DNA of 64,000 nucleotides from Candidatus Saccharimonadota bacterium (GCA_046350755.1 JAXLZV010000001.1:160216-224215); one strand, 5' to 3'; positions 7,960-20,334 are shown, counted from the stretch's first letter. The notes: generated by a model from the letters alone, not told the origin. Translations and numbers: made by a program.

Positions 7960-10900
7960 CTACTCGTCATCATCGGTACGAAAACCGGTCCCGACAGGGA
8001 TCAATCGACCGATTATGACATTCTCTTTCAGGCCGCGGAGCTTATCGACTTTGCCTCGCAGACCGGCGCCAATCAACACCTTCATAGTTTCCTGGAATGA
8101 TGCGGCTGACAGCCAGCTATCCGAGCTGATCGAGATCTTTGAGATTGGCATCAACAGCTGCTCGTAAGTCGGAGCAGTCTTGCCAGATTCTTCGGCCGCC
8201 CGTCCGGTTTCCCAGAGGTTGGTCTTGGAAATCACATCGCCAGTGATGAACTCAGTGTCATTTGGCTCTTCGATACGCACTCGGCTGAACATTTGACGAA
8301 TGATCACTTCGATGTGCTTGGATGCAATTGTCTGACCCTGACTCGAGTAGATAGCCTGCACTTCGTCAACGATGTAACGCTCAACGGCTGCTTCGCCCAG
8401 GAGGCGCTGCATGTCTTGGAGATTCACCGAACCGCCAGTCAAGCGCTGACCGACCGTGACGAGATCACCGTGTGCCACCTTGAGGGTAACGTATTCAGGA
8501 ATGACATATTCCTTGATATTGCCACCTTCATGGGTCAATTCAATGCTGCCCTTGGCCACTTTAACCGTTCCGTCTGCACCAGCTTTGACAGTGCGCTTAC
8601 CGGATTCATTCTGAGCCAAGACATCACCTTTACTGACTTCGGCGCCAGTCTTCACAACCGGCTTCATGCCTTCTTTCAGATCATACGTCGTATGCTTCAT
8701 GTCGGCTGGAGCAATCCGTAGCGTCTGCTTGCTATCAGTGCTCTTCAGCGTCACCACGCCATCGATCTCGGCCAGAATAGCTTCACCGCGTGGGTTGCGA
8801 GCCTCAAAGATTTCTTCAACACGTGGCAGACCCTGTGTGATGTCGGCAGCCGAGGCTACTCCACCAGCGTGGAAGGTACGCATAGTGAGCTGCGTGCCCG
8901 GCTCACCGATCGACTGCGCAGCCATAATACCAACCGCTTCGCCCATTTCGACGATTTGACCACGGGCCAGATCAACACCATAACAGTGCTTACAGATACC
9001 CCAGGCGAGCTTACACTTGAGGATCGAGCGAATTGTTACGCTCTCAATCCCAAGCTCAGCGATCGTGCGGGCGGCGTCATCGCTGACGAGTTCACCAGCC
9101 TTCGCGATCGTCTTGCGACCATCCTTCACGTCCTTGGCAAGATAGCGACCGACAATCCATGGAGCCAGCGAGTCTTGTCCAGCGGCTTTCGCCTCAGACA
9201 TGTGGACGGTATAACCCTCGGTATCACCACAGTCGTCAGCCGCGATCATCACGTCCTGAGCCACGTCAACTAAGCGACGGGTCAAATAGCCGGATTCGGC
9301 TGTCTTTAAGGCGGTATCAGTCAGACCCTTACGAGCACCGTGTGAAGAGATAAAGTACTCCAGAATGGACAAGCCTTCTTTGTAGTTACTCTTCACTGGC
9401 AGCTCAATGGTTGAGCCTGTTGAGTTCAGTACCAAGCCTTTCATACCAGCCATCTGGTTCGCCTGACCAACTGTAGCTCGCGCGCCGGATTCGATATCCA
9501 TGGCGAGAGTCGAGCTGTTCGGATCGAGCTCTTGGGTCAACTCGGCCTCAATCTGCTCACCAACTTCTTTCCAGGTTTCTACCGTGCGCTCTTTGCGCTC
9601 ATCGTTGGTAATCAGACCTTGCTGATACTGTGAAGTGATCGAGAGCGTTCGCTTCTCACCCTCTTCAAGTAGCTGCGCCTTTTTCTTCGGCGTCTGCAAG
9701 TCATCCATACCAAGTGAGAAACCAGATTCGGTTGCATACTGATAGCCAATTTCCTTAATCGCATCAGCAACTTTGGCGGTTTCTTCCCCACCGAAGTTTG
9801 TGAATACCTGCGCCAGTACTGACTTCAGCTTTGACTTGGTCATCGCATCATTTTGGTATGGCATACCCTCAGGCAATACTTCGTTGAAGAGTAATCGACC
9901 GATTGATGTATCGACAATTTCGCCATTCATCTTGACCTTCACAGCAGCGCGCAAGTGAACGGCTTTCTGCTGATAGGCCATAACCGCTTCATTGCGATCG
10001 GCAAAGATCTTGCCTTCACCCTGAGCACCGGACTGGAAGTTCGTCATGTAGAAACAACCGAGTACGATTTCGTGTGAAGGGTTAATGATTGGCTCACCAC
10101 TAGCGGGTTTGAGGAGGTTTTTGGAAGCCAACATGATTTCGCGAGCTTCTTTCTGAGCAGCGTCCGACAATGGCACATGGACAGCCATCTGGTCACCGTC
10201 GAAGTCGGCGTTGAAAGCAGCACACACCAACGGATGAAGCTGGATGGCCTTACCTTCGATCAGTACTGGTCGGAAAGCCTGGATCGACAAACGATGCAGA
10301 GTCGGTGCGCGATTCAGCAGTACATACTTACCAGTAATGACTTCTTCGAGCGTATCCCATACTTCGGTTCGGGCCCGTTCGATCATACGTGCTGCACTCT
10401 TCACATTATGTGCATATTCTTTCTCAATCAGTTTCGAGATAACAAATGGCTTAAACAGTTCAAGCGCCATCATCTTCGGCAAACCACATTCGTCGAGCTT
10501 GAGGTGTGGCCCGATTACGATTACTGAGCGACCAGAGTAGTCGACACGCTTCCCTAAGAGGTTTTGGCGGAAACGCCCCTGCTTACCTTTGAGCAAGTCC
10601 GTTAAGCTCTTGAGCTTCTTGCGAGAGCCACCAACTGCGGTCACAGCTCGCTCACGACGAGCATTGTTGTCGATCAAGGCGTCAACCGCTTCCTGTAACA
10701 TGCGCTTTTCATTGCGGCAGATAACTTCTGGAGCTTCGAGATCATAGAGCTTTTTGAGACGGTTGTTGCGGTTGATTACGCGTCGATAGAGATCATTGAG
10801 ATCTGAAGCCGCAAAACGACCACCATCGAGCTGGACCATCGGACGCAAATCGGGTGGAATTACAGGGAGCTCTTGAGTAACCATCCACTCGGCTTTGAGG

Positions 10901-11739
10901 TCAGCCTGCTGCATACCTTCAACGGCTTTCAGGCGCTTCAAGGCCTTTCGCTTCCGCTGACCGGTTGTCGTATCAGCTTCTTCGCGCAAGTCTTTAGCGA
11001 GCTGCTCAAGATCGATTTCCGCTAACAGATCACGAATCGCTTCCGCACCAATACCAGCCTTAAAGACATTGCCGTATTTGATGTTGAGTTCGCGATAGGT
11101 ACCCTCTGGAAGCAGTTGGTACTTCGCCAGGTTTTCCAATTCATTCTTCGCAGTACTGTAGTTGATCTCTAGATCTGATAGGTCTTTAGCGGCCTCTTCT
11201 GTCAGATTGGTCTCATCTTTAACTTCGTGCTTGGTGATAATCTCTTTGCGTCGGCTTTGATAATCCGCAGAGAGCTCCTCAAGGACACGTGTCCGCGCCT
11301 CTTCATCAACCTTCTGCACGATGAAATTGGCAAAGTAGGTTACTCGCTCAAGGTCACGCACGCTCATGTTGAGCAGGGTGCCAATTGAGCTTGGGGTGCC
11401 GCGTAGGAACCAGATGTGAGTTACAGGTACGGCCAGGTGAATATGACCCATGCGCTCACGACGAACGATGGAGCGAGTGACCAAAACACCACATTTATCA
11501 CAGACAATGCCCTTATAACGAATGCCCTTATACTTACCGCAATAACACTGCCAGTCCTTGGTAGGACCGAAAATCTTCTCGCAGAAAAGGCCGTCTTTTT
11601 CCGGCTTCTGCGTCCGATAGTTGATAGTTTCTGGCTTCGTGACTTCACCATGACTCCAATCAAGTACTTGCTCTGGGCTTGCCAGGGACAATTTGATGGA
11701 GGTGAAATCAATCGCCGGAGTGTTGAAATCGTGTTGCAT
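7960..11739 (-). CDS. rpoC: RNA polymerase beta' subunit
   Basis: [13 protein letters not shown]-terminal Zn finger, [13 protein letters not shown]. Confidence 0.99.
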   Translation of the reverse strand: MQHDFNTPAIDFTSIKLSLASPEQVLDWSHGEVTKPETINYRTQKPEKDGLFCEKIFGPTKDWQCYCGKYKGIRYKGIVCDKCGVLVTRSIVRRERMGHIHLAVPVTHIWFLRGTPSSIGTLLNMSVRDLERVTYFANFIVQKVDEEARTRVLEELSADYQSRRKEIITKHEVKDETNLTEEAAKDLSDLEINYSTAKNELENLAKYQLLPEGTYRELNIKYGNVFKAGIGAEAIRDLLAEIDLEQLAKDLREEADTTTGQRKRKALKRLKAVEGMQQADLKAEWMVTQELPVIPPDLRPMVQLDGGRFAASDLNDLYRRVINRNNRLKKLYDLEAPEVICRNEKRMLQEAVDALIDNNARRERAVTAVGGSRKKLKSLTDLLKGKQGRFRQNLLGKRVDYSGRSVIVIGPHLKLDECGLPKMMALELFKPFVISKLIEKEYAHNVKSAARMIERARTEVWDTLEEVITGKYVLLNRAPTLHRLSIQAFRPVLIEGKAIQLHPLVCAAFNADFDGDQMAVHVPLSDAAQKEAREIMLASKNLLKPASGEPIINPSHEIVLGCFYMTNFQSGAQGEGKIFADRNEAVMAYQQKAVHLRAAVKVKMNGEIVDTSIGRLLFNEVLPEGMPYQNDAMTKSKLKSVLAQVFTNFGGEETAKVADAIKEIGYQYATESGFSLGMDDLQTPKKKAQLLEEGEKRTLSITSQYQQGLITNDERKERTVETWKEVGEQIEAELTQELDPNSSTLAMDIESGARATVGQANQMAGMKGLVLNSTGSTIELPVKSNYKEGLSILEYFISSHGARKGLTDTALKTAESGYLTRRLVDVAQDVMIAADDCGDTEGYTVHMSEAKAAGQDSLAPWIVGRYLAKDVKDGRKTIAKAGELVSDDAARTIAELGIESVTIRSILKCKLAWGICKHCYGVDLARGQIVEMGEAVGIMAAQSIGEPGTQLTMRTFHAGGVASAADITQGLPRVEEIFEARNPRGEAILAEIDGVVTLKSTDSKQTLRIAPADMKHTTYDLKEGMKPVVKTGAEVSKGDVLAQNESGKRTVKAGADGTVKVAKGSIELTHEGGNIKEYVIPEYVTLKVAHGDLVTVGQRLTGGSVNLQDMQRLLGEAAVERYIVDEVQAIYSSQGQTIASKHIEVIIRQMFSRVRIEEPNDTEFITGDVISKTNLWETGRAAEESGKTAPTYEQLLMPISKISISSDSWLSAASFQETMKVLIGAGLRGKVDKLRGLKENVIIGRLIPVGTGFRTDDDE

Positions 11740-11741
11740 GA

Positions 11742-14700
11742 TTATACCTCCTCTTCCTTAGTGCTTGATTCATCAGGGACAGCCTCAGCCTCAGCGAGAA
11801 CTTCAAAATCATCGAGTGAGGCAGTTTCGGACATATCTACAACTGCGTTTTCCTCTGGACCAGTGCCAACGATCAATTCTTCATCGGCCATATCTACGGC
11901 TTCGGCTTCAGTCTGTAATTCGAGTTCACGATCAGCGTCGACTTCGACGTGATTCTGCTCGAGCTCAACCGCCAAACCGAGTGACTGCAATTCTTTGACC
12001 AGCACGTTAAAGCTCTCCGGAACGCGTGGACCTTTGATCTCTTCGTTCTTGATGATCGACTCATAGGCTTTTGAGCGGCCGATGACATCATCTGATTTGA
12101 TCGTCAGGACTTCTTGCAGCGTGTGGGCTGCGCCATAGGCTTCGAGTGCCCAGACTTCCATTTCACCAAAGCGCTGTCCGCCCATCATTGCCTTACCACC
12201 GAGTGGCTGCTGTGTGACCATAGCGTATGGTCCAGTCGAGCGCGCGTGAATCTTGTCATCAACCATGTGATGCAGCTTCAGCATGTACTTGTAGCCAATG
12301 GTCGTCTTCTGGTCGAATGGTTCACCGGTAAAGCCGTGGTAAAGCTGGGCCTTACCGTCTTCGGACAGACCGGCTTTTTTCAATTCGGCCTTGATGGTAT
12401 CGATGTCCACGCCGTCGAGGACCGGGCTAGCGACTTTGTAGCCGAGCGCCTGAGCTGCCCATCCAAGGTGGGTTTCAAGAATCTGACCGATATTCATACG
12501 AGCGCCGATTCCAAGTGGGTTCAATACGATATCAACCGGCGTGCCGTCTTCTAGATAAGGCATATCTTCGACTGGCATTACCTTTGAGATCACACCCTTG
12601 TTACCGTGACGACCGGCCATCTTATCACCGACCGAGATCTTACGGAGCTGGGCCACAGCGATATAAATCTGCTGCATGACACCCGATGGCAAATCATCGC
12701 CGTTTTCGCCAGACAGAATCTTCACGCCGACGATCTTACCGGAGCTTCCATTTGGCATCCGCAAGGAAGTGTCCTTCACTTCACGGGCCTTCTCACCAAA
12801 GATAGCGCGCAACAGCCGCTCTTCGGAACTGAGTTCAGTCTCACCCTTCGGGCTAATCTTACCTACCAGAATATCACCGGCGGCGACTTCTGCACCGAGG
12901 CGTACGATCCCGCCCTCATCAAGATCCTTGAGCGCTTCATCTCCAACATTTGGGATATCCCGCGTCACGATTTCAGGACCAAGCTTGGTATCACGGACAT
13001 CAATCTGATGCGTTTCGATGTGGATTGAGCTATAACGATCATCCTGAACCAGGCGCTCCGAAATAATGATCGCGTCTTCGTAGTTATGACCGTCAAAAGC
13101 CATGAAGGCGACGAGCACGTTCTGTCCAAGGGCAAGTTCGCCATCGACTGTCGACATACCGTCCGCCAGCACATCACCCTTCTTGACCTTATCGCCAGCC
13201 GTTACAGCACAGCGCTGAGTCATGGCCGCACCCTGGTTGGAGCGGATAAAGCTCATGAGTTCATACGTAGCCGTCTTGCCATTCTTATATTTCACCGTAA
13301 TAGCATGAGCGGTAGCGCTGGTGACTTCTCCATCACCCTCGGCCAAGATAACCTGACCTGAGTCTTCGGCCACGCGGCGCTCGATACCGGTGCCTACAAT
13401 TGGAGCCTGAGGCTTCACTAAAGCCACGGCCTGCTTCTGCATGTTTGCACCCATCAGTGCACGACGAGCATCATCATGTTCCATGAATGGGATGAGCGCT
13501 GCTGAAACTCCAACAATCTGCTTTGAGGAGATATCTTGGTAGTTCACGTCGTCAGCTGACAGCTCGGCAGCTTCGCCACCGACACCTCGAGCTGAAACCA
13601 CTGCACTCGTAAAGTAGCCGTTATCGTCGATCGCGATGTTAGCCGGCGCAATCACTGCCCGCTCTTCGTCGAAAGCATCAAGGTATACAACTTCCTTGGT
13701 AACCCGAGCTTTGACTGGGATTTCTTGAATGTCAGCCTTTGCCAACTGCTTAGCGGCAGCCTCGGTGATTTTGTCACCAGCCTTCACGATCACCGCCCCC
13801 TTGGCGTCTTTGATTTGGCGTCGAGCAATTTCACCAGCGGCTTTAGCTGGCGTGACTGTGTTGACCACCTTCAGGTACGGAGTTTCGATGAAGCCATACT
13901 CGTTGACCTTGGCATAACTCGCCATGGTCGAAACCAAACCAATATTTGGTCCTTCCGGCGTTTCGATCGGACAAATACGGCCGTAGTGAGTACGGTGCAC
14001 GTCGCGAACTTCAAAGCCAGCCCGTTCGCGGTTGAGACCACCAGGGCCCATCGCGTTCAAGCGACGCTTGTGGACGATTTCATCAAGTGGGTTGGTCTGC
14101 GACAGGAATTGTGAGAGTTGGTGGGAGGCGAAGAATTCCTTCACGCTGGCAACAATCGGACGCACGTTGATCATCAGTGATGGCGTGACCGTCTCTGGAT
14201 CAGCCACTGACATACGATCTTTGACGATGCGCTCCATACGAGCGATACCAATGCGGAAGCGTGCTTGGATAAGCTCACCAACCATCTTCAAGCGGCGGTT
14301 ACCTAAGTGATCGATGTCTTCCGAAGGTGCGCCTTCGTTGGTCATGCGAATGACTTCCTTCACGATCGCCACAAAGTCTTCGACCCGCAGGATGCGGTTT
14401 TCACGAGTATTTTTGACGTTTAGTGCCAAGCGTTTATTAAGCTTATACCGACCAACCTTTGAGAGATCATAGCGCTTAAAGTCGAAGAACATAGAGTCAA
14501 TCAGGCTCTTTGAGTTCTCAACTGTCGCCAAGTCGCCAGGGCGAATCCGCTTATAGACCTCCATTAAGGCTTCGGCAGTCGTGCTTGATGAATCTTTAGC
14601 GATGGTTTCGGTAATAAAACGTGTCTCACCAGTATCAACATCTGAGAAGAGTTGCAAAAGATCAGAGTCCGTACCATAGCCAAAAGCCCGCAACAGTGTT

Positions 14701-15257
14701 GTCACAGGTAATTTACGCTTGCGGTCGATCTTCACACTCATCACGCCGTTGGCAGCCGTCTCGATCTCAAGCCAAGCTCCCCGCGATGGGATAATCTTAG
14801 CGCCAAAGTAGCCGGTACCTGAGTCGTTGGTAAAAAAGACACCAGCCGAACGAACCAGCTGGGAAACGACGACACGCTCAACACCATTGATAATAAAGGT
14901 GCCACGGCGGGTCATAATCGGATAATCACCCAAGAAGATTTCTTGCGTGCGAACTTCACCAGTTTCCTTAATGAGCAGCTCCATCTGGGCGCGGAGGCTG
15001 GCTTCATAGGTTGCGTTTTTCTCTTTGGCTTCAGCTTCGGTTAGTTTCGCTGGCTCAAAGTGATAGTCCTTAAATGACAGGGCGTAGAGCTTGCCCGTAA
15101 AGTCTTCGATTGGACTAATTTCTTCGAAGAGTTCGGTCAGACCCTCTCGGATTAACCAGTTATAGCTGGCGTGCTGGATCTCAACCAGATTCGGCAGCGG
15201 TAAAATGTCTTTATGTTGTTTGAGGTACACTCGCTCGGCAGCAGCGGATTTTGGCAT
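11742..15257 (-). CDS. rpoB: RNA polymerase beta subunit
   Basis: [30 protein letters not shown]; acidic C-terminal tail. Confidence 0.99.
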   Translation of the reverse strand: MPKSAAAERVYLKQHKDILPLPNLVEIQHASYNWLIREGLTELFEEISPIEDFTGKLYALSFKDYHFEPAKLTEAEAKEKNATYEASLRAQMELLIKETGEVRTQEIFLGDYPIMTRRGTFIINGVERVVVSQLVRSAGVFFTNDSGTGYFGAKIIPSRGAWLEIETAANGVMSVKIDRKRKLPVTTLLRAFGYGTDSDLLQLFSDVDTGETRFITETIAKDSSSTTAEALMEVYKRIRPGDLATVENSKSLIDSMFFDFKRYDLSKVGRYKLNKRLALNVKNTRENRILRVEDFVAIVKEVIRMTNEGAPSEDIDHLGNRRLKMVGELIQARFRIGIARMERIVKDRMSVADPETVTPSLMINVRPIVASVKEFFASHQLSQFLSQTNPLDEIVHKRRLNAMGPGGLNRERAGFEVRDVHRTHYGRICPIETPEGPNIGLVSTMASYAKVNEYGFIETPYLKVVNTVTPAKAAGEIARRQIKDAKGAVIVKAGDKITEAAAKQLAKADIQEIPVKARVTKEVVYLDAFDEERAVIAPANIAIDDNGYFTSAVVSARGVGGEAAELSADDVNYQDISSKQIVGVSAALIPFMEHDDARRALMGANMQKQAVALVKPQAPIVGTGIERRVAEDSGQVILAEGDGEVTSATAHAITVKYKNGKTATYELMSFIRSNQGAAMTQRCAVTAGDKVKKGDVLADGMSTVDGELALGQNVLVAFMAFDGHNYEDAIIISERLVQDDRYSSIHIETHQIDVRDTKLGPEIVTRDIPNVGDEALKDLDEGGIVRLGAEVAAGDILVGKISPKGETELSSEERLLRAIFGEKAREVKDTSLRMPNGSSGKIVGVKILSGENGDDLPSGVMQQIYIAVAQLRKISVGDKMAGRHGNKGVISKVMPVEDMPYLEDGTPVDIVLNPLGIGARMNIGQILETHLGWAAQALGYKVASPVLDGVDIDTIKAELKKAGLSEDGKAQLYHGFTGEPFDQKTTIGYKYMLKLHHMVDDKIHARSTGPYAMVTQQPLGGKAMMGGQRFGEMEVWALEAYGAAHTLQEVLTIKSDDVIGRSKAYESIIKNEEIKGPRVPESFNVLVKELQSLGLAVELEQNHVEVDADRELELQTEAEAVDMADEELIVGTGPEENAVVDMSETASLDDFEVLAEAEAVPDESSTKEEEV

Positions 15258-15488
15258 GCGTATTCGCTCCCTAAATAGATTATTGGTGATGATGATTTAT
15301 CGGGCACCACATGTGGCGTCCAGTCAGTATGAGATTTGTATTGTATTTAAGTTGTTGGATGAAATGGCGACGAGGGGTATCTAAACGCAAAAAAACGCGC
15401 GCACGCGAATGTAGCAGCTTGACGTGTTAACGTATGTAAGTTTAAGCATCCTCTTGTCCCTTATTCTACGGGGTATTTCTCCTGATTG

Positions 15489-16736
15489 TCAAGAGTATTG
15501 GCGAGCTATTCCGCGGAATTTGAAAAGTATAAAGAATCCCAAAGCGGCCAGAAGGAGCCCAATGCCACCCAGCACCGCCAATGCGTTAAATGTATCCGCC
15601 AAAATCCCGGCGATAAAGACGGGCAATAATGCCGCGATATTGATCATCATATTGAGAGTGCCAAAAATTTGCCCCCGTAGGCGGTCAGTTGAAGCGTACT
15701 GCAAGAGGGTCTGGGCCGAAACGAGCATAATGGCATCTAGTACACCAAGCGTAAAGGTAGCAACTGCCGTTGATGGTCGCAAGCTAGCAGAATTACCCAA
15801 GAGAGCGAGTAGCGGCAAGGCTGCCAGTAATACCGAAGCGGCAAACAGCGAGCCATAAATGACCTTCACTTTGTTGCGCTTAAACAGTAATCGCCCGGCA
15901 AATACCGAGCCCAGGACCAAACCAACACCAGCTGGAATCACCAAAAAGACGCTACTCTGCGCCAAGCCAACACTAAATAATTCCTGACTCATGGCTGGCG
16001 CGAGGGCAGCAACAATACCTACGATCGTTTGCGCCAACGATATCATAAGGATTGGAAACAATAGTGTCCGGGTACCGACGATCTCTAAAAAGTGACCTTT
16101 GAGATCGCGTCGTATCGATCGGATAATTGCCTTCAGCTCGAATCGATCTTGGCGAGCGGCGGGAATCTTCGGTAGTAGCGCCGAAAGCAAGGTTGCAACC
16201 AAAAATGCCACGGTGACGACTAGATACACGGAGTGTATGCCAAAGTTCGCGATAATCGGCCCTGCCATCGAGTAGCCAACAATAAAGCTTGCATTGAGCG
16301 TGAAGATAAACAGCGCATTTGCCGTCACGAGGTCGCGCTTCTTTACCAGTCGTGGCAAGGCTGCCCCTTCAGCTGGAACGAAAAACTGTGAGGCGATCGA
16401 AATAATAAAGGCGATCGCGTAAACCGCCAGCACCCGTGTATCGAGCACGATAAAGAGTGGCACCAGGGCTGCTCGTACTACATTTGTCCAAATTAATACC
16501 TTACGTCGGTCTTGGTGATCGACGTACGCACCTGCCGGTACTGCCAGTAAGATCGCCGGAATCCCAATCGCGATAATCAATAGCGACACCGCGCTATTAG
16601 CAAAGCTTGCCTTTGAGGCGATCTCATATATGCGAATGAGGAGCGCGTAGTTGAGTAACTGCGCAGCAATCTGGCTGGAGAGCTGAGCGCCCCAAAGCTT
16701 GAGAAACTGACGATTCCGCAGAACGTCACGATACAT
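15489..16736 (-). CDS. MFS transporter
   Basis: About 12 hydrophobic segments, motif A-like GAYVDHQDRRK. Confidence 0.85.
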   Translation of the reverse strand: MYRDVLRNRQFLKLWGAQLSSQIAAQLLNYALLIRIYEIASKASFANSAVSLLIIAIGIPAILLAVPAGAYVDHQDRRKVLIWTNVVRAALVPLFIVLDTRVLAVYAIAFIISIASQFFVPAEGAALPRLVKKRDLVTANALFIFTLNASFIVGYSMAGPIIANFGIHSVYLVVTVAFLVATLLSALLPKIPAARQDRFELKAIIRSIRRDLKGHFLEIVGTRTLLFPILMISLAQTIVGIVAALAPAMSQELFSVGLAQSSVFLVIPAGVGLVLGSVFAGRLLFKRNKVKVIYGSLFAASVLLAALPLLALLGNSASLRPSTAVATFTLGVLDAIMLVSAQTLLQYASTDRLRGQIFGTLNMMINIAALLPVFIAGILADTFNALAVLGGIGLLLAALGFFILFKFRGIARQYS

Positions 16737-16790
16737 TATAGTTACCCATTCAGCTATCTATTGTATCTGGGAAGTGGCGCGCTGGAAAGT

Positions 16791-17402
16791 CTAGACTTTT
16801 TTGGATTTCTTGGTGAGTACTTTATCTATCAGGCCATACTCTTTCGCCTCGGTGGCATTCATCCAGAAATCACGATCCGAGTCTGTAGCGATCTTCTCGA
16901 CAGTTTGGCCAGTACTTTCGGCAATCATCGCGTTGAGCTGCTCCCGTAATTTGATGACTTCTTTGGCAGCAATCTCGATATCGGCCGCAGTTCCCTCAAA
17001 TCCACTCGATGGCTGATGGATCATAATCTTGCTGTTAGGAAGCGCAAACCGCTTACCAGGTTCGCCCATAGTCAAGAGAAACGCGCCCATTGATGCCGCT
17101 AGACCCACACAGACCGTCGAAACATCTGGCTTGATATGGTTCATCGTGTCGAGAATGGCCAGCCCTGCTGATATACTCCCGCCCGGCGAATTAATGTAGA
17201 GCGTAATATCAGCATTTGGGTCCTCACTCTGGAGAAAAAGTAGCTGCGCGATGACCAGGTTGGCCACCGTGTTATCCACGCCAGTACCGAGAAAGATGAT
17301 GCGCTCTTTCAGGAGTCGCGAATAGATGTCATAGGCTCGCTCCCCCATGGCTGTCTTCTCGATGACAGTTGGCACGAGTATTGAGTTGTTGATTGAGTCC
17401 AT
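16791..17402 (-). CDS. clpP: ATP-dependent Clp protease proteolytic subunit
   Basis: [33 protein letters not shown]; AGGAGG SD before ATG at 17402. Confidence 0.97.
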   Translation of the reverse strand: MDSINNSILVPTVIEKTAMGERAYDIYSRLLKERIIFLGTGVDNTVANLVIAQLLFLQSEDPNADITLYINSPGGSISAGLAILDTMNHIKPDVSTVCVGLAASMGAFLLTMGEPGKRFALPNSKIMIHQPSSGFEGTAADIEIAAKEVIKLREQLNAMIAESTGQTVEKIATDSDRDFWMNATEAKEYGLIDKVLTKKSKKV

Positions 17403-17423
17403 TTTCACCTCCTACGATAGAAT

Positions 17424-18701
17424 TTAGCTTTTTGCCTGCTCACACAGCCAGTCAACGGCTTTTTGGGTGACCATCCGGTTGGCTAGATCATTCTTAAATT
17501 CATCCGCGTCGAGCTGCTTCAAAATCTGCGGATCAGAGTAGCTCATGCGCATTTTCTCGAGATTATCCTGCACTTCGTCGACTGTTACATTAAACTTCTG
17601 CTTCTCAATGATATCGCGAATTATCAGACCAATCGAAATCCGACGACGGGCCTCAACATGCAACTCGTCATGAAATGACTTCTCGTCCTTACCTTGTACT
17701 TTCAGCCAATCCTCGAGTTTCATGCCACTCGACGCAATCTGGTGCTCATACTGGTGCTCGAGTTCGTGCGCCTGATCATGCTCCAGCATTGGGCTGACTT
17801 CGAGCTTGATTTGCTTCATTGCTTCTTCGAGTACAGCGTTTTCGTACTCTTTCTTATAGTCGTCGTCTTTTCCGGCCACAAGATTCTTGCGTACATCATC
17901 CTTGAGCGCTTGGAGTGAATCCATCTGGGCAACAGTTTTTGCAAACGAGTCATCGAGTTTCGGCAGGTTCTTCTCTCGCACTTCATGAACCTTGGCAGTA
18001 AATGTCACGACCTTGCCTGCTAGATCTTCGGCGTGATACTCCTTGGGGAAGGTAATATCAAAAGTCTTTTCGTCACCTTTTTTCATGCCGATCAACTCAT
18101 CCTCGTAGCCTGGAATAAACTTACCGCTCCCCAGTTCGAGTAATGTGTTCTGTCCGGCCGCGCCCTCAACTGGTGACCCCTCGCGCACGCCTTCAAAGTC
18201 GAAGCGGACTTCATCGCCCTGCTTCGCCGCGCGATCAACCGTTATTGGCTCAGCTGCCTGACGCTGGAGTTCTTTCAGGGCCTCATCGACTTCCTTATCG
18301 GTGACTTTCGGGGCATCGTACTTCACTTTGAGCTTCTTGTAGTCAAAGTCGATCGTCGGCACAACCGCAATCTTGGCTGTGTACTCCATCTCATCAAACG
18401 GCACAAACTTCGTCACGTCGACCTTTGGCTCGGCCAGGGCTCGGATTTCATGCCCCTTGATAGCTTCAGAATAAGTTGCTGCCAAAACCTTCTCAACAAC
18501 TTCGAGCTGGAATTTCGCTTGATCAACATGACGTTCGGCAATATCATCGGGTGCTTTGCCTGGCCGGAAACCTGGTACTTTCAGCCCCTTCTTCATCTGC
18601 TCAAGGACAGCCTGCTTAGCGCTCGCTAGCTCGGCTTTGGTGACGACGACGGTCAGCTCGAGCTCAGCTTTGTCGCGTTTGGTAATGGTAGCTTTAGTCA
18701 T
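17424..18701 (-). CDS. tig: Trigger factor
   Basis: GFRPGKAP ribosome-binding motif, FKBP-like domain (FIPGYED). Confidence 0.96.
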   Translation of the reverse strand: MTKATITKRDKAELELTVVVTKAELASAKQAVLEQMKKGLKVPGFRPGKAPDDIAERHVDQAKFQLEVVEKVLAATYSEAIKGHEIRALAEPKVDVTKFVPFDEMEYTAKIAVVPTIDFDYKKLKVKYDAPKVTDKEVDEALKELQRQAAEPITVDRAAKQGDEVRFDFEGVREGSPVEGAAGQNTLLELGSGKFIPGYEDELIGMKKGDEKTFDITFPKEYHAEDLAGKVVTFTAKVHEVREKNLPKLDDSFAKTVAQMDSLQALKDDVRKNLVAGKDDDYKKEYENAVLEEAMKQIKLEVSPMLEHDQAHELEHQYEHQIASSGMKLEDWLKVQGKDEKSFHDELHVEARRRISIGLIIRDIIEKQKFNVTVDEVQDNLEKMRMSYSDPQILKQLDADEFKNDLANRMVTQKAVDWLCEQAKS

Positions 18702-18736
18702 AATATCCAAATTTTACCAAACTGTGGATAAAAAAA

Positions 18737-18763
18737 CTAGCACTCTGTGATGTGGAGTGCTAA
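18737..18763. promoter_or_regulatory. CIRCE-like inverted repeat (HrcA operator) upstream of tig-clpP
   Basis: CTAGCACTC-N9-GAGTGCTAA; 1 mismatch to TTAGCACTC-N9-GAGTGCTAA. Confidence 0.85.
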
Positions 18764-18891
18764 TAGTTTAAAAAGTGCAGCTTACAGGATTACTACGGGT
18801 GCACTCGCGGCGTGCTCGGGATACTATACTGCGCGCTAAGGTTCGAATCTCGTTATGCAAATAAAAAACACCCTTTCGGGCGTTCATTATT

Positions 18892-18976
18892 TGGTGCGGA
18901 TGAAAGGACTCGAACCTTCACACCTTTCGGCACCAGCTCCTAAGGCTGGCGTGTCTACCAATTCCACCACATCCGC
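18892..18976 (-). tRNA. tRNA-Leu (TAG)
   Basis: GCGGATG acceptor, anticodon arm CCAGC-CTTAGGA-GCTGG, long variable arm, GTTCGAG, CCA. Confidence 0.95.
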
Positions 18977-18994
18977 AGGTTGCAAATATGTGCG

Positions 18995-19534
18995 TTATTT
19001 ATAATACCCTATTTGTGTGCCTCCATATATCTTTACCTTGACAAGCTGATGCTCGGCGACTGTTGCCGGTAGTTTTTCTCGACCACCACACGACACCACC
19101 AACGTACCAACTTCACTCACGTGAGTGAGAGCCGATCCCACCAAATCAGCGCTAAACTCAGCGTAGGGTGGGTCAAGAAAAACTAGATCAAACTTCGCTT
19201 GACTGGTTGCGAGCCAAGCGGCAACCTCGGCTTGCATGACAGCCGTCTGCGCATCAGCCTTGAGCTCCTTCACATTTGCTCGCAAGAAACTCACCGCAAA
19301 ACTCGACTGCTCAACAAATGTCACCCGTTCGGCACCTCGGCTCAACGCCTCGAGACCCAGGGCCCCACTACCAGCATACAGATCAAGTACCGTCAGCCCC
19401 TTGAGTTCATCACCAAGGACATTAAAAATCGCTTGACGTACCTTTTGTGAGACTGGCCGCGTACCCTCGCCAGGCTGCTTGAGAACCTTATAACGAAAGT
19501 CGCCTGCCGTGATTCGTGTAGTATGCTGGGCCAT
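18995..19534 (-). CDS. rsmD: 16S rRNA m2G966 methyltransferase
   Basis: TRP...VRQAIFN, LDLYAGSGALGLEALSRGA, FLDPPY; start moved to MAQH. Confidence 0.92.
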   Translation of the reverse strand: MAQHTTRITAGDFRYKVLKQPGEGTRPVSQKVRQAIFNVLGDELKGLTVLDLYAGSGALGLEALSRGAERVTFVEQSSFAVSFLRANVKELKADAQTAVMQAEVAAWLATSQAKFDLVFLDPPYAEFSADLVGSALTHVSEVGTLVVSCGGREKLPATVAEHQLVKVKIYGGTQIGYYK

Positions 19535-19536
19535 AA

Positions 19537-20334
19537 CTATTTCGCAATCGGCGCGGCGGGAGATTTTGGCAAAGGCGCAAGCTGCTTTTTCGGCTCGGTA
19601 CACCAGGCAGTTTCATAAGCAGCCAACCAGGCGGCTGCAATCATCTGGGGAATGCGTGGCACAACCGTAGCCCGCACGGCCTTAGCTAGCTTCGTCGTCC
19701 AACCATGCGCGATGAATTCTTCATACAAGCCGAGCTGTGCAATCTTGAGCGACTCAGTCTTGATCGTAGCTTCGATACCTTGAGCCTTGATTGCGTCTAC
19801 CAGCGCCATGTCAAACTTCACTCGCAACGGCGAGAACGTCGTCGCCGTCGAGATACCAGATTCAAAAGCCACATGTGAGCTCTTCCAGCCCTTCGAGCCC
19901 CAGGTCTTCCAGCGACGGGTGAGTTTCGAAGCATCAGCATACTCCTCGGCAATCAGCTTATAGCTAATATGATGGGCCGGCGTCAGTGAGTCGGTAATAT
20001 AATGTGCCATCCAGCCAGCATGGAAACCTGCCTCGATATAATCTCGCTTACGGAGACTGGCAATCAGATTATCATTATGAATCGCGATCCACTGCGGCAG
20101 ATGGCCGATCTCATTCACGGGATCCCACAGATGATCGGTACTATAATTACCCTTCACCTTCAGTCCATCCGGCCCACCATAGCCTTCAAAATTCAGAATA
20201 TCTCGACGACGCGCAAACCGTTGCCGATTAATCATTGGGGCCAACATACGATAAGCCTCCCGGTCCAGCTTCTGATGAGTGCCAGACCAAGTGATGCGAC
20301 CTTTCGAGGCGAATGATGCAAATCCTGAGTTCAT
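19537..20334 (-). CDS. Zn-dependent phospholipase C / S1-P1 nuclease-fold protein
   Basis: Zn-ligand pattern W..TH, PD, DH, HYITD...PAHH, H..FE. Confidence 0.6.
   Translation of the reverse strand: MNSGFASFASKGRITWSGTHQKLDREAYRMLAPMINRQRFARRRDILNFEGYGGPDGLKVKGNYSTDHLWDPVNEIGHLPQWIAIHNDNLIASLRKRDYIEAGFHAGWMAHYITDSLTPAHHISYKLIAEEYADASKLTRRWKTWGSKGWKSSHVAFESGISTATTFSPLRVKFDMALVDAIKAQGIEATIKTESLKIAQLGLYEEFIAHGWTTKLAKAVRATVVPRIPQMIAAAWLAAYETAWCTEPKKQLAPLPKSPAAPIAK

Noticed and set aside
7960-15257. Many short ORFs within rpoB and rpoC; possible inteins in rpoB, rpoC or dnaE
   Set aside because: Alternate-frame noise; protein lengths and motifs are continuous with no intein signatures
18723-18731. 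Perfect DnaA box (TGTGGATAA) as a possible oriC
   Set aside because: Single box, no cluster, no dnaA/dnaN and no switch in gene-strand bias
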